Of a stretch of 64,000 nucleotides of DNA, positions 9,230-18,870 are shown one piece after another. Source of the stretch: Cyanobacteriota bacterium (lineage in GTDB: Bacteria; Cyanobacteriota; Cyanobacteriia; Thermostichales; Thermostichaceae). Position 1 is the stretch's first letter. Every line of letters starts with the position of its first letter. A model generated the notes under the pieces. That model had not been told where the DNA came from. It ran no database searches and saw only the letters and a program-made list of their open reading frames with translations. The stretch is from positions 1-64,000 of the forward strand of contig JANRIL010000001.1 in assembly GCA_033764955.1 (NCBI GenBank), in the 5' to 3' direction. The position numbers and the translations under genes were made by a program.

Positions 9230-9943
9230 TCAACCCACAATCTGCGGATCCTTTTCTAGGCAGGGAGCATTCGAGTAGCCAGAACGAAATGAGCGCACAG
9301 TCTGAGCTTCGGGATTGAATTGATGTCGCCAAACGCAGCCCGTATCATTGCCCAACAAGTGAATGGAAACGGAGGCTTCGGGTGATGTAGTTTTGACGGC
9401 ATGAATATCTCCCTTGGGCGGTAGCAGTCCGTAGAGATCGCCGGGTCGTAACGACCTCACTTCCGCAACTTGCAAGTAGGCATGGCTCTCCGCTTGGTGC
9501 GAATGAAGAGTGGCCTGATCGTGATCATGAGACAGTGAAGGGGAAGTCTGCTCATCATCTTGGCGCTGATAAACGGTTTCTTCCTGATGCCCTTGATAAA
9601 GGCCAATCAGTCCCCAAGCCAGATGATCATGCACAGGAGTAGCGGATCCGGCAGGAACCACCAAGCTAAACAAGGTTAGGGATCGATCGGCTGAGCGATA
9701 GATCAACCATTGCCCAATCCCGCCACCCATCCCACTAGCCGGATTTGGGGCTAGAAATGGATCCGGTAACCAACCCGATCGAGCGAGCAATTCCTGAAAC
9801 GGTGGCTCCAGAGCTGCTAACAATCCGACATAATTTCCTTCAAAACGGCTACGAGCTGCCTGAACGGTGGCGACAAACTGGTGTAGCAGCGGGTGATCGA
9901 TAAACCATTGATCCTCAGCTAGAGGTTCGAGTACATCAGTCAT
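9230..9943 (-). CDS. cysteine/thiol dioxygenase family cupin
   Basis: TPVHDHLAWG and GDIHAV 3-His iron site, SVSIH. Confidence 0.85.
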   Translation of the reverse strand: MTDVLEPLAEDQWFIDHPLLHQFVATVQAARSRFEGNYVGLLAALEPPFQELLARSGWLPDPFLAPNPASGMGGGIGQWLIYRSADRSLTLFSLVVPAGSATPVHDHLAWGLIGLYQGHQEETVYQRQDDEQTSPSLSHDHDQATLHSHQAESHAYLQVAEVRSLRPGDLYGLLPPKGDIHAVKTTSPEASVSIHLLGNDTGCVWRHQFNPEAQTVRSFRSGYSNAPCLEKDPQIVG

Positions 9944-10015
9944 GAAGATCCTCCTAACACTGTGAAAAAATGTGGAAAGCAGACAAAAAGCTCTATGGGT
10001 CGTGGTCTAAGCTCT

Positions 10016-10049
10016 AAACCACGGTAAGTCTATCGGAATGCCGTGTTTA
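10016..10049. promoter_or_regulatory. palindromic box 3
   Basis: AAAC CACG GTAAGTCTATCGGAATGC CGTG TTTA. Confidence 0.7.
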
Positions 10050-10126
10050 TCAAGGTGGGTTTAGCTTGCCACAGATCGGAAGTCAGAGCAAGCCTAATCA
10101 TTTGTGTGCTAACATTGTCAAATCAA

Positions 10127-10160
10127 AAACTACGCATTGTCGATGTGCTTGTCGTAGATT
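10127..10160. promoter_or_regulatory. palindromic box 4
   Basis: AAAC TACG CATTGTCGATGTGCTTGT CGTA GATT. Confidence 0.7.
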
Positions 10161-10168
10161 AAAATTTC

Positions 10169-10205
10169 GGGCGATTGGAACTCTAGCTGAGAAGTGCTCC
10201 ATCCC
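10169..10205 (+). ncRNA. conserved leader hairpin motif, copy C
   Basis: GGGCGATTGGAACTC-TAGCT-GAGAAGTGCTCCATCCC, 8 nt after box 4. Confidence 0.55.
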
Positions 10206-10247
10206 ATTCTGACTAAAGATCTCAACGATTCAGAACGGAGGATAGAG

Positions 10248-11459
10248 ATGCCATTACTGGATAGGCCATTGCAGATCGCGGATCCGATCGAGCTAAGACC
10301 GGCCAAGCCCCAAAATCACTATGAGACCGACTGGCTAACGCGAGCAGAAGTCCTCGGATCTGAGTTTGCTCTCCAGGCAGCTCGGCATGATCGAGAGGGA
10401 TCCTTTCCCTTCCAAAATTTTGAGGCTCTGCATGATTCAGGCTTGCTGGGATTAACCATTCCGGTGGAATTGGGTGGGCAAGGAGCCGATCTGTCTCTGA
10501 GCGCTGGAGTGATCGAACGGATTGCACAGGGAGATGCGCCGACAGCTTTAGTCCTAACCATGCACTATTTACAGCACGCCATTGCGGGTCGATCTCGGCG
10601 TTGGCCTCAGTCTGTTTATCATCAACTCTGTCGAGAATCGATTCAGGGAATAGCTCTCCTCAATGCTGCCAGGGTTGAACCAGAACTGGGAACACCTGCA
10701 AGAGGTGGACTACCGGCGACAATTGCAGAAAAGACCGCTAGTGGTTGGCAAATTTCGGGACATAAGATCTACACCACAGGCAGCCCGATCTTGAGCTATT
10801 TCGTTGTTTGGGCAAGAACGCTGGACGAAGTGCCACAAGTGGGAAGCTTTTTGGTTCCTCGCCACACCCCAGGAGTGAAGATTCTCGAAACCTGGGATCA
10901 CTTGGGAATGCGAGCCACAGGCAGTCACGACCTGATTTTGGAACAGGCTATCATCCCAGCAGAGTACGCCTTGGATGTTCGTCCTCTGTCAGAGTGGAGA
11001 TCGCTGGATCCGGCTCAGGCTGTTTGGGGCAGCATCTTGATCAGCGCCCTTTATCAAGGAGTTGCCACCGCCGCCCGCAACTGGTTAGTCAATTATCTGC
11101 AAGAGCGAGTTCCCTCTAATCTCAATCACTCGTTGGCAAGCCTTCCCCGCTTTCAACTAGCTATGGGCGAAATCGAGGCGCTCTTGTACGCTAACCACCA
11201 GTTGATCTATGGGTTGGCAACAAACCTAGATCGTGGATCGGGTGCCAACGGATCCGAGGCGCAGACAGTGAAATACCTGACCACAAACAACGCGATCAAA
11301 GTCGTGCAAACCGGGTTAGAGCTGACTGGCAATCCAGGGCTCTCCCGCCGAAACCCACTAGAGCGGCATTACCGAGATGTCTTGTGCAGTCGGATCCATA
11401 CCCCTCAAGATGATGCGATTTGTGTATCTCTGGGGAAAAAAGCATTGGAAGCCAGCTAG
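10248..11459 (+). CDS. acyl-CoA dehydrogenase-family flavoprotein (DszC/SfnB-type monooxygenase family)
   Basis: GHKIYTTGS, WDHLGMRATGSHD, LERHYRD; ATG 10248 with GGAGG RBS. Confidence 0.85.
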   Translation: MPLLDRPLQIADPIELRPAKPQNHYETDWLTRAEVLGSEFALQAARHDREGSFPFQNFEALHDSGLLGLTIPVELGGQGADLSLSAGVIERIAQGDAPTALVLTMHYLQHAIAGRSRRWPQSVYHQLCRESIQGIALLNAARVEPELGTPARGGLPATIAEKTASGWQISGHKIYTTGSPILSYFVVWARTLDEVPQVGSFLVPRHTPGVKILETWDHLGMRATGSHDLILEQAIIPAEYALDVRPLSEWRSLDPAQAVWGSILISALYQGVATAARNWLVNYLQERVPSNLNHSLASLPRFQLAMGEIEALLYANHQLIYGLATNLDRGSGANGSEAQTVKYLTTNNAIKVVQTGLELTGNPGLSRRNPLERHYRDVLCSRIHTPQDDAICVSLGKKALEAS

Positions 11460-11465
11460 CCAACC

Positions 11466-12413
11466 ATGAAATTCATTTTGCCTGCACAGGTTGCTGCTCA
11501 GATCCAACCTCATTTGCCAGGAGAGGCTCAGGTGGTGTTGGCAACTCATCAAGGCGAGCTTAACGGCGATGCTCACGATGCGGAAGTTTGTCTTTACTGG
11601 TTTTGGCAGCCCACTCCAGTGCTGAATCGGATGCTACAATCTGCCCCGGCCATTCGCTGGTTGCATACGCCCACGGTGGGGGTAAATCATCTGCTGACCC
11701 CAGCTTTATTAGCCTTGAATCCCATTCTGACCAACGGAGCAGGGGCTAACGCGATCCCGATTGCGGAATATGTGCTCACCATGATGTTGAGTCACACCAA
11801 GCAACTCACCAAACTTCAAGCTTTGCATCAAGATCATCACTGGCTGCGAGGGCTGGAATTAGAGGAGTTGAAGGATCAAACTTTGCTGGTCTTGGGAGCA
11901 GGCAACATCGGTCGCGAAATTGCTAAACGGGCGGATGCTTTTGGTGTCAAGGTTTGGGGAAGTCGTCGTCACCCAGAACCGATGCCTTATTTCGAGCGGG
12001 TTGTCGGATCCCAACAGTGGCAAGCTCTCGTACCAGAAGTCGATTTTTTGATCATTGCCACCCCTTTGACACCTGAGACAACGGGCATGGTGAATGCAGC
12101 AGTTCTACAAGCCATGCGCCCTACGGCTTATCTGATCAACATTGCCCGGGGAGGGATTGTCGATCAGACCGATTTAGTCACCGCCCTCCAGTCAGGGTGG
12201 ATCGCTGGGGCGACGCTAGATGCACTATGGACAGAACCACTCCCGGCTGAAAGTCCACTCTGGACGCTGCCCAACTTATTCATCACGCCTCATTGCTCTG
12301 GGTTTTCGCCCGCAGTTGCTCGTCGTTCGCTCGATCTATTTCTGGATAACCTAAATCGCTATCTGAGCGGGATCCATTTACGCAATCAGGTGGATATTCA
12401 AGCTGGATATTGA
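11466..12413 (+). CDS. D-2-hydroxyacid dehydrogenase
   Basis: GAGNIG, LINIARG, GATLD, ITPH. Confidence 0.9.
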   Translation: MKFILPAQVAAQIQPHLPGEAQVVLATHQGELNGDAHDAEVCLYWFWQPTPVLNRMLQSAPAIRWLHTPTVGVNHLLTPALLALNPILTNGAGANAIPIAEYVLTMMLSHTKQLTKLQALHQDHHWLRGLELEELKDQTLLVLGAGNIGREIAKRADAFGVKVWGSRRHPEPMPYFERVVGSQQWQALVPEVDFLIIATPLTPETTGMVNAAVLQAMRPTAYLINIARGGIVDQTDLVTALQSGWIAGATLDALWTEPLPAESPLWTLPNLFITPHCSGFSPAVARRSLDLFLDNLNRYLSGIHLRNQVDIQAGY

Positions 12414-12471
12414 ATCAGATTTTTATGGATCCAAGAATCAGTCTTGCTGTCAAAACTAATTCGTGTTACGC

Positions 12472-12505
12472 TAACCTTACAATCCCAATCGACATACCGT
12501 AGATT
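12472..12505. promoter_or_regulatory. palindromic box 5 (left half degenerate)
   Basis: TAAC CTTA CAATCCCAATCGACATAC CGTA GATT. Confidence 0.6.
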
Positions 12506-12512
12506 AACTATC

Positions 12513-12546
12513 GGGTTGTTGGATCTCCTACAGAAGAATCCATCCC
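12513..12546 (+). ncRNA. conserved leader hairpin motif, copy D
   Basis: GGGTTGTTGGATCTC-CTAC-AGAAGAATCCATCCC, 7 nt after box 5. Confidence 0.55.
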
Positions 12547-12923
12547 AACTGTTGTCAAAGTCTCTGACAGGAAGGATTTTGGGCGTTTTGTAGAATTTGT
12601 TGATCTCAAATCAGTACTGGTAAATTTTTGATCTGAAGACATTTATTCTTTACTGAGTAGATGCTTAGAAACATTCAGAATATCCCTAGCTATCTAGATA
12701 GGAAATCTTGACTATGGAATCGAAACCACAGCTTGATAATTCTGTTGATCTCCACGGAGATGTTTTTGGATTAGGGGTGGTCACTAGCCAGGTTTCAGGG
12801 AAAGTGGATCCAATGATTAATCTGCTCCCCCATCCTTTGCTGGATTTTTGGCTAAGTCTACTGCCTCATGAGAGTTCTAGCTTGAGAGGCGTTCAGTATT
12901 TACGAGATGGGTGAGGGTTCTCG

Positions 12924-13979
12924 ATGAAACTTCCTCGTTTTGGCGTTTGGGCACCGGTTTATGGCAATTGGGGATCCCGCCATCACCCTCAGGATCCGTT
13001 TGATGCCTCTTATGCTCGAACTCGCGCCACCATTTTGCAAGCAGAAGCATTGGGGTTCGACTCAACGCTAATTGCCCAACACATTGTGAATCCAAATGGA
13101 CAAGATCTCGATCAGCTAGAAACCTGGACAACGGCAGCAGCCCTCGCGGAAGCTACTGAAAAGATCGAAATTATTGCCGCGATCAAACCTTTACTTTTTC
13201 ATCCGGCAGTGATCGCCAAGATGTCTTTAAATATCGATGCGATCAGTCGAGGACGATTTGCCATCAACTTGGTGAGTGCCTGGTTTAAGACTGAACTGGA
13301 AAAAGCTGGGATCCCTTTCCCTGATCATGATGATCGCTACCGCTATTCCACAGAGTGGCTACAGGTGGTGAAAGCCCTTTGGACCGGAGAACGTGTGACC
13401 AAACAGGGAGAATTTTTCCAAATTTCAGACCTGAGCTTCCGTCCACAACCTACGACTAGCCCCTATCCCCGGATTTATTTGGGTGGAGAATCGGATCCGG
13501 CGCGACAGTTAGCAGCAGCAGAGGCAGATGTCTTTTTCATCAATGGGCGACCGCTCCCAGAAGTTCAAGCCATCATCCAAGATGTCTCACGTCGTCAACG
13601 TCACGGCAAGCCACGCCTCAAATTTGCTTTGGCTGCTTTTGTGATTGCTAGACCTACCTCATCGGAGGCAGAAGTCGATCTAGATCTGCAATTGGCACGT
13701 TCAGTCCAAGAGGATCGCTCCTTTTTTGTCGAAGGTGCGGATCCCAAGGCAGTCATGCTCAAGCTTCGGCAGAAGTATCGGTTTGTCGGCACCAATGGTG
13801 GCACTGCAGCCGGGTTGGTAGGCAGCTACGACACCGTGGCAGAACGGATCCTCAGGTTTGCTGACATCGGCATTGAAACCTTCATGCTGCAATTTCAACC
13901 CTTGACGGCTGAGATGATTCGTTTTGCTCAAGAAGTGATCCCTCGTGTTCAGCGTTTGCAGGCTTTGGCGCATGTGTAG
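12924..13979 (+). CDS. LLM flavin monooxygenase (SfnG/SsuD/MsuD-related)
   Basis: AEALGFDSTL, IDAISRGRFAINLVSAW, IYLGGES, GLVGSYDTVAE. Confidence 0.88.
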   Translation: MKLPRFGVWAPVYGNWGSRHHPQDPFDASYARTRATILQAEALGFDSTLIAQHIVNPNGQDLDQLETWTTAAALAEATEKIEIIAAIKPLLFHPAVIAKMSLNIDAISRGRFAINLVSAWFKTELEKAGIPFPDHDDRYRYSTEWLQVVKALWTGERVTKQGEFFQISDLSFRPQPTTSPYPRIYLGGESDPARQLAAAEADVFFINGRPLPEVQAIIQDVSRRQRHGKPRLKFALAAFVIARPTSSEAEVDLDLQLARSVQEDRSFFVEGADPKAVMLKLRQKYRFVGTNGGTAAGLVGSYDTVAERILRFADIGIETFMLQFQPLTAEMIRFAQEVIPRVQRLQALAHV

Positions 13980-14015
13980 TTGGTGATTTCAGGATTCTAA
14001 TTTGGAGACAATGGC

Positions 14016-15095
14016 ATGGTTCTTTCACCCCCCCAAGCTCAAAGTGTTATTTCGTCTCTTACGGTTGGCACCTTATGGTATACCCGCTGTCCAGTGCCTA
14101 CAGCCTCTAGTCTGGCCATTCAACAGGGTTGGCTCGACGAGGAGTTTTTACCCGATGGGATCGAGGTAGCTTCTCTACGACAGTCAGATCAACGCGCAGT
14201 ACGAGAATCTCACTTCAGCCATACTCAGGCGAATTCTTTTCGACAAGGCGGCAACATCCCACCGATTTGGGCGCGGTCTCAAGGGCAGGATTTACAGCTG
14301 ATTGGCCTATCTTGGGCGGAGCAATATCAGGCAATTTTGGCTCTACCTGAGTCTAGGATCCGTTCGGCTCAAGATTTACGAGGTCGGCGCTTGGCATTGC
14401 CACAACGGATCCATGATCCAATCGATTTTTGGCGTGCCACCAGTCTTAGAGGCTATCTCTCGGCTTTGGAGTTAGTAGGCTTAAGCGAGAAAGAAGTGGA
14501 ATTCGTCGATCTCTCCGTTGCCGAACCCTACATCACCGATCTCAATCCCTCTCATACTGGGCCTTTATTCACTAGCCAAAACCTGAAACGATTGCAGTCC
14601 ACCGAAGTCTTTGCCCTAATTCGGGGGGAAGTAGATGCGATCTATGTCAGTGGTGGTCGGGGTGCAGAACTTCAAGCATTTCTGGGCGCGGTCGTGGTTA
14701 CCGATTTGGGACGACACCCGGATCCGGCGGTGCGGATCAATAACATTACTCCGGCTGCTTTGACCGTGAGCGGATCTTTAGTGCGGGAGCGACCCGATCT
14801 GGTGACACGGTATGTAACTCGACTCCTGGAGGCGGCGGCTTGGGCGGAGATTCATCCCCATCTAACCAAACGCATCATCGCTGCTGAGGTGGGAGTTGCT
14901 GAGGAGTGGGTGGATCTAGCTTATCCTTCGGATCTCCATACTCACTTGACCCCAGAGCTATCGGAACAGTCCATCGCTGCCATCGAATCTCAAAAAAACT
15001 TTCTGCTCAAGTGGGGATTTATTCAACAAGATTTCGATCTACGGAGTTGGGTCAATTCTGAACCCTTAGAAGCGGCAAAGCGACGGTTTCATTAA
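14016..15095 (+). CDS. DszB-like desulfinase (SBP fold, no signal peptide)
   Basis: YTRCPVP, ESHF, RQGGNIPP correspond to DszB CPVP/His/RFGGEIPP catalytic motifs. Confidence 0.75.
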   Translation: MVLSPPQAQSVISSLTVGTLWYTRCPVPTASSLAIQQGWLDEEFLPDGIEVASLRQSDQRAVRESHFSHTQANSFRQGGNIPPIWARSQGQDLQLIGLSWAEQYQAILALPESRIRSAQDLRGRRLALPQRIHDPIDFWRATSLRGYLSALELVGLSEKEVEFVDLSVAEPYITDLNPSHTGPLFTSQNLKRLQSTEVFALIRGEVDAIYVSGGRGAELQAFLGAVVVTDLGRHPDPAVRINNITPAALTVSGSLVRERPDLVTRYVTRLLEAAAWAEIHPHLTKRIIAAEVGVAEEWVDLAYPSDLHTHLTPELSEQSIAAIESQKNFLLKWGFIQQDFDLRSWVNSEPLEAAKRRFH

Positions 15096-15158
15096 AGTTA
15101 GCTTGCTTTGATCAACAACTTTGTCTAGATCACCCAGTCATCCTGAAAGGAGGATCTC

Positions 15159-15983
15159 ATGATTGCTACCTTAGCGCCTGTTTGGAATACTGAATTTGAG
15201 AAGAAAACACTCGATCGCCTAATCGATCAGCACGCCCCTCATTTTCCCAAGTCCCGTCAAGGGGCAGTCCGAAAACCGATCACGGCTGAAGAAACCGACC
15301 GCTTCTACACCTATTGGGCAGGCACGGCGGCTTTAGATTTATTTATCATCCAAGCTTGCGCCAAAGGCATTGGGCTGATCGATGACCTTGAATTTCAGAT
15401 TTTTTTGACCCGTCAAATCGGGGATGATGGCGCTCATGCCCAAGCTTATCGAGAACGGATCCAAGCAGTTACGGGTCGGGATCCGATTGAGGACATGCAG
15501 CGAGAAGCCAAACGGCAGTGGGACTTAATGGGAGATCTGCCCTATCGTAACTGGCTGGGGTTCATCACCTTTGAGATCCACTACGAGCTACATGTAGTAC
15601 CTACGATGGTTTTGAACAGTCGCCTTGCCACCATTGGGGATCCGGAGCTATCCCATCAAGGGGCAGATCGCTTTTTGCCAGATGAGGCGCTTCACCGAGA
15701 GGGCGTGGCAGCCTGGTGGCGGAAGCGCTATCGCCAAGCCTCTGTCCATGAAAAGTCCGAACTGCGCGAACAACTGCTAGCTCTCGAAGAAGAAGGACAG
15801 CAACTTCGCCAGGAAGAGTTATGGCAACGTTGGCGGGATGTTCGCCTAGCCAGTGGCCTGAACAATACGGGCATTGAAAAGATCTATGATGGCTGGCGCT
15901 CAGAGGTGATTCGTTATTTATTTGATCGCTCCGTTCCCGATCTGTCTCTGGTTAGTGACTGGTCAACCTGGGGGGAGCCATGA
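15159..15983 (+). CDS. ferritin-like diiron protein
   Basis: QIGDDGAH ... EIHYE ... DEALH carboxylate/His pattern. Confidence 0.7.
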   Translation: MIATLAPVWNTEFEKKTLDRLIDQHAPHFPKSRQGAVRKPITAEETDRFYTYWAGTAALDLFIIQACAKGIGLIDDLEFQIFLTRQIGDDGAHAQAYRERIQAVTGRDPIEDMQREAKRQWDLMGDLPYRNWLGFITFEIHYELHVVPTMVLNSRLATIGDPELSHQGADRFLPDEALHREGVAAWWRKRYRQASVHEKSELREQLLALEEEGQQLRQEELWQRWRDVRLASGLNNTGIEKIYDGWRSEVIRYLFDRSVPDLSLVSDWSTWGEP

Positions 15984-16951
15984 AGCGTCGGACTTTCCTC
16001 CAAACGACAGCGGCAACCACAACCGCTATATCCACCGGATCCTTTGCCAGCGGATCCATACAGGCTCAAACTGAGCAAAAGTTGGTAATTGGCTATCCAA
16101 CGGCATTTGGCTTTCTAAGCACCCTTCGTTCTCGGAGCGAACAGATCGCTGGAGTCAACATCGAGTGGCAATCTTTTGGCAATACGGGTCCGATGATCGA
16201 GGCTCATAATTCGGGAGCAATCGACCTGACCGAAAATGGAGATTCACTGGCGATCACCCTGTTTTCCAATGGCGCTGATTTCAAGGTGATAGCTACCACA
16301 GAATCTCAACCCAAAGCTGCTGGGTTAATCGTCCAAAAAGATCTCGCTGCCCGCAGTTTTCCCGATCTAGTGGGCAAAAAAATCATCTTTCTGCAGGGAA
16401 CTAATCTGCATGTTCTCTTTCTTAATTTGTTGAAGAAATATAATCTCAATTCGAAAGATTTTGTGCATGTAAATTTGGGTGGCCCTGACGCGAGGTCGGC
16501 CTTTGCTGCTGGAGCTGGGGATGCGATCATGACGGTGGATCCGGCCTTGGCGAGCGTGGAGGTGACAACGGGTGGTCGCTTATTGCTAGATGGCAGTAAT
16601 GGGCTGGTAGAAAATCCTTATGTTTACACAGCAACGGGTAAAGCCCTGCGGGAGAAAGAAGCAGCTCTCAGGCTGGTCGTGCCAAAACTGCGAGAAGCGA
16701 TCACATGGGCAGCCCTAAACCGAGAGCAACAAGCGGATTATCTATTCACTTCCAAAATTCTGCCATTTCCGAAAGAGGCCATTTTGAGAGGATATGGTCG
16801 CAGCGCCAAAAAACTGGTCTCAATCACACCAGAATTATTGTCAGCAGAACAAAAGATTGCCGATGTTCTTTTCGAGGCTGGTATCGCCAAGAAGCCAGTT
16901 GATGTCAATCAGCTCTATGATCTCCGCTTCAATAAACAAGTAACCGGATAA
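15980..16951 (+). CDS. SsuA-type ABC substrate-binding protein, Tat signal
   Basis: MKRRTFLQ signal, FGNTGPMIEA.NSGAIDL, DLVGKKI. Confidence 0.85.
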   Translation: MKRRTFLQTTAATTTAISTGSFASGSIQAQTEQKLVIGYPTAFGFLSTLRSRSEQIAGVNIEWQSFGNTGPMIEAHNSGAIDLTENGDSLAITLFSNGADFKVIATTESQPKAAGLIVQKDLAARSFPDLVGKKIIFLQGTNLHVLFLNLLKKYNLNSKDFVHVNLGGPDARSAFAAGAGDAIMTVDPALASVEVTTGGRLLLDGSNGLVENPYVYTATGKALREKEAALRLVVPKLREAITWAALNREQQADYLFTSKILPFPKEAILRGYGRSAKKLVSITPELLSAEQKIADVLFEAGIAKKPVDVNQLYDLRFNKQVTG

Positions 16952-16994
16952 GTTAAATCTGTAGCCTTTGAGAGAAAATTCTGTAGGAATGATC

Positions 16995-17669
16995 ATGCCA
17001 ACCTTAGAACTGTATAGTGCCGTCGTTTGTCCTTATGCTCATCGCACCCGCTTAGTGTTGCTCGAAAAAAAGATCCCCTTTGACCTACATGAGATCGATT
17101 TACAGAATAAGCCCCCTCACTTTCATGAGATCTCTCCCTACGGCAAAGTACCAGCGATCAAACAGGGCGAGGAGCGAGTTTGGGAGTCAGCCATCATCAA
17201 TGAATATCTAGATGAAGTCTTCCCGGATCCACCGCTTCTACCTACCGATCCCCTAAAAAAAGCCCAGGCTCGAATCTGGATCGATTTTGCCAATACGCGA
17301 TTTGTGCCAGCATTCTCCCAGTTATTGCGTAGCCAGGATCCAGAGGCTCAAGCACTAGCGGCTCAAGAACTCACTAACCACCTTTTGTTTATCGAGAAAG
17401 AAGGGCTGAGCAAGCTTTCTGAGCAAGGGCCATACTGGTTCGGATCCGAATTGAGCTTGGTTGATCTCACGTTTTATCCCTGGTTCGAACGCTGGCCTGC
17501 CTTAACCTATTATCGAGACTTTTACATTCCAGAAGAACTTAGCCAACTGCATCTCTGGTGGCAGGCATTGAGTCAGCGGCAATCCATCCAATCCATTGCA
17601 AATCCTCAAGACTATTACATCGAACGATATGCCAGGTTTGCTAATCCTTTACCTACTTCAAGTCACTGA
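16995..17669 (+). CDS. glutathione S-transferase, Cys-type (omega-like CPYA)
   Basis: [25 protein letters not shown]. Confidence 0.9.
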   Translation: MPTLELYSAVVCPYAHRTRLVLLEKKIPFDLHEIDLQNKPPHFHEISPYGKVPAIKQGEERVWESAIINEYLDEVFPDPPLLPTDPLKKAQARIWIDFANTRFVPAFSQLLRSQDPEAQALAAQELTNHLLFIEKEGLSKLSEQGPYWFGSELSLVDLTFYPWFERWPALTYYRDFYIPEELSQLHLWWQALSQRQSIQSIANPQDYYIERYARFANPLPTSSH

Positions 17670-17686
17670 TCATTTTAGGATTGAGC

Positions 17687-18862
17687 ATGACCTACATCCG
17701 CAAAAAGAAAACATCCGCCAAAGCTGACCAATTTACAGAATCAGTGATTCGTGAAATGACACGAGTTGCCCTACGCTATGGTGCCATCAACCTTGCCCAG
17801 GGATTTCCTGACTTTCCCTGCCCTCTCGAACTTAAGCAAGCTGCGTGCGAAGCGATCAATGCTGATATCAATCAATATGCCATCACCTGGGGAGATCGCC
17901 CCTTTCGCCAAGCCATTGCTGAAAAGGTGAGTTGGTATTTGGGGCTAACCGTGGATCCGGAAACTCAAATTACCGTCACCTGTGGATCGACAGAGGCAAT
18001 GGCAGCAACCATGCTTGCCACCGTGGATCCGGGAGATGAAGTCATTATTTTTGAACCCTACTACGAAAACTATGGCCCTGATGTTATTTTGGCAAACGCA
18101 ACTCCTCGCTATATCTCCTTACATCCACCTGATTGGACGTTTGATGAGCAAGAGTTACGGCAAGCGTTTAATCATTCCACGAAAGCGATCATTATCAATA
18201 CACCACATAACCCAACTGGCAAAGTTTTTAATCGATCCGAACTTACCCTCATCTCAGAACTTTGCCAACAATGGGATGTCTTAGCTTTTACCGATGAAAT
18301 TTATGAACATATTCTCTATGACGATGCTAAGCATCTAGCATTAGCCACCTTTCCGGGGATGGAAGATCGAACGATTACGATTAATGGCCTTTCAAAAACT
18401 TATAGTGTGACTGGTTGGCGAGTTGGTTATATCCTAGCCAGCCCACAACTAACCGGATCCATTCGCAAAGTCCATGACTTTCTCACTGTCGGATCCCCAG
18501 CGCCACTACAAAGAGCAGGAGTAACAGCTCTCCAATTTCCTATTTCTTATTACGACAATTTATCCCATCTTTATCAAGAAAAAAGAGATTTTATTTTACA
18601 AGCTCTTGATCAAGTTGGCATCTCCTATTTTGTTCCCCAGGGAGCCTATTATGTCTTTGCAGATATCTCTGATTTTGGCTATTCCAGCGATATCGAGTTT
18701 GCCCATCACTTGATCAAAGATATCGGGGTAGCCGTGGTTCCCGGATCCAGCTTCTTCGCGGATCCACTTCAACATCAACAATTCGTCCGTTTTTGTTTTA
18801 GCAAAACTCTCCAAACTCTGGATGCAGCAAAAGAAAGGTTAATTCAAAATCTGAAAAGTTAG
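17687..18862 (+). CDS. PLP class I/II aminotransferase (YbdL/glutamine transaminase K-like)
   Basis: INLAQGFPDF, NTPHNPTGK, DEIYE, SKTYSVTGWRVG. Confidence 0.9.
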   Translation: MTYIRKKKTSAKADQFTESVIREMTRVALRYGAINLAQGFPDFPCPLELKQAACEAINADINQYAITWGDRPFRQAIAEKVSWYLGLTVDPETQITVTCGSTEAMAATMLATVDPGDEVIIFEPYYENYGPDVILANATPRYISLHPPDWTFDEQELRQAFNHSTKAIIINTPHNPTGKVFNRSELTLISELCQQWDVLAFTDEIYEHILYDDAKHLALATFPGMEDRTITINGLSKTYSVTGWRVGYILASPQLTGSIRKVHDFLTVGSPAPLQRAGVTALQFPISYYDNLSHLYQEKRDFILQALDQVGISYFVPQGAYYVFADISDFGYSSDIEFAHHLIKDIGVAVVPGSSFFADPLQHQQFVRFCFSKTLQTLDAAKERLIQNLKS

Positions 18863-18870
18863 GAGCAACC

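Noticed and set aside
12708..12914. 68-aa ORF in the long leader
   Set aside because: TTG start, no recognisable family; other short ORFs overlapping assigned genes were likewise treated as shadows
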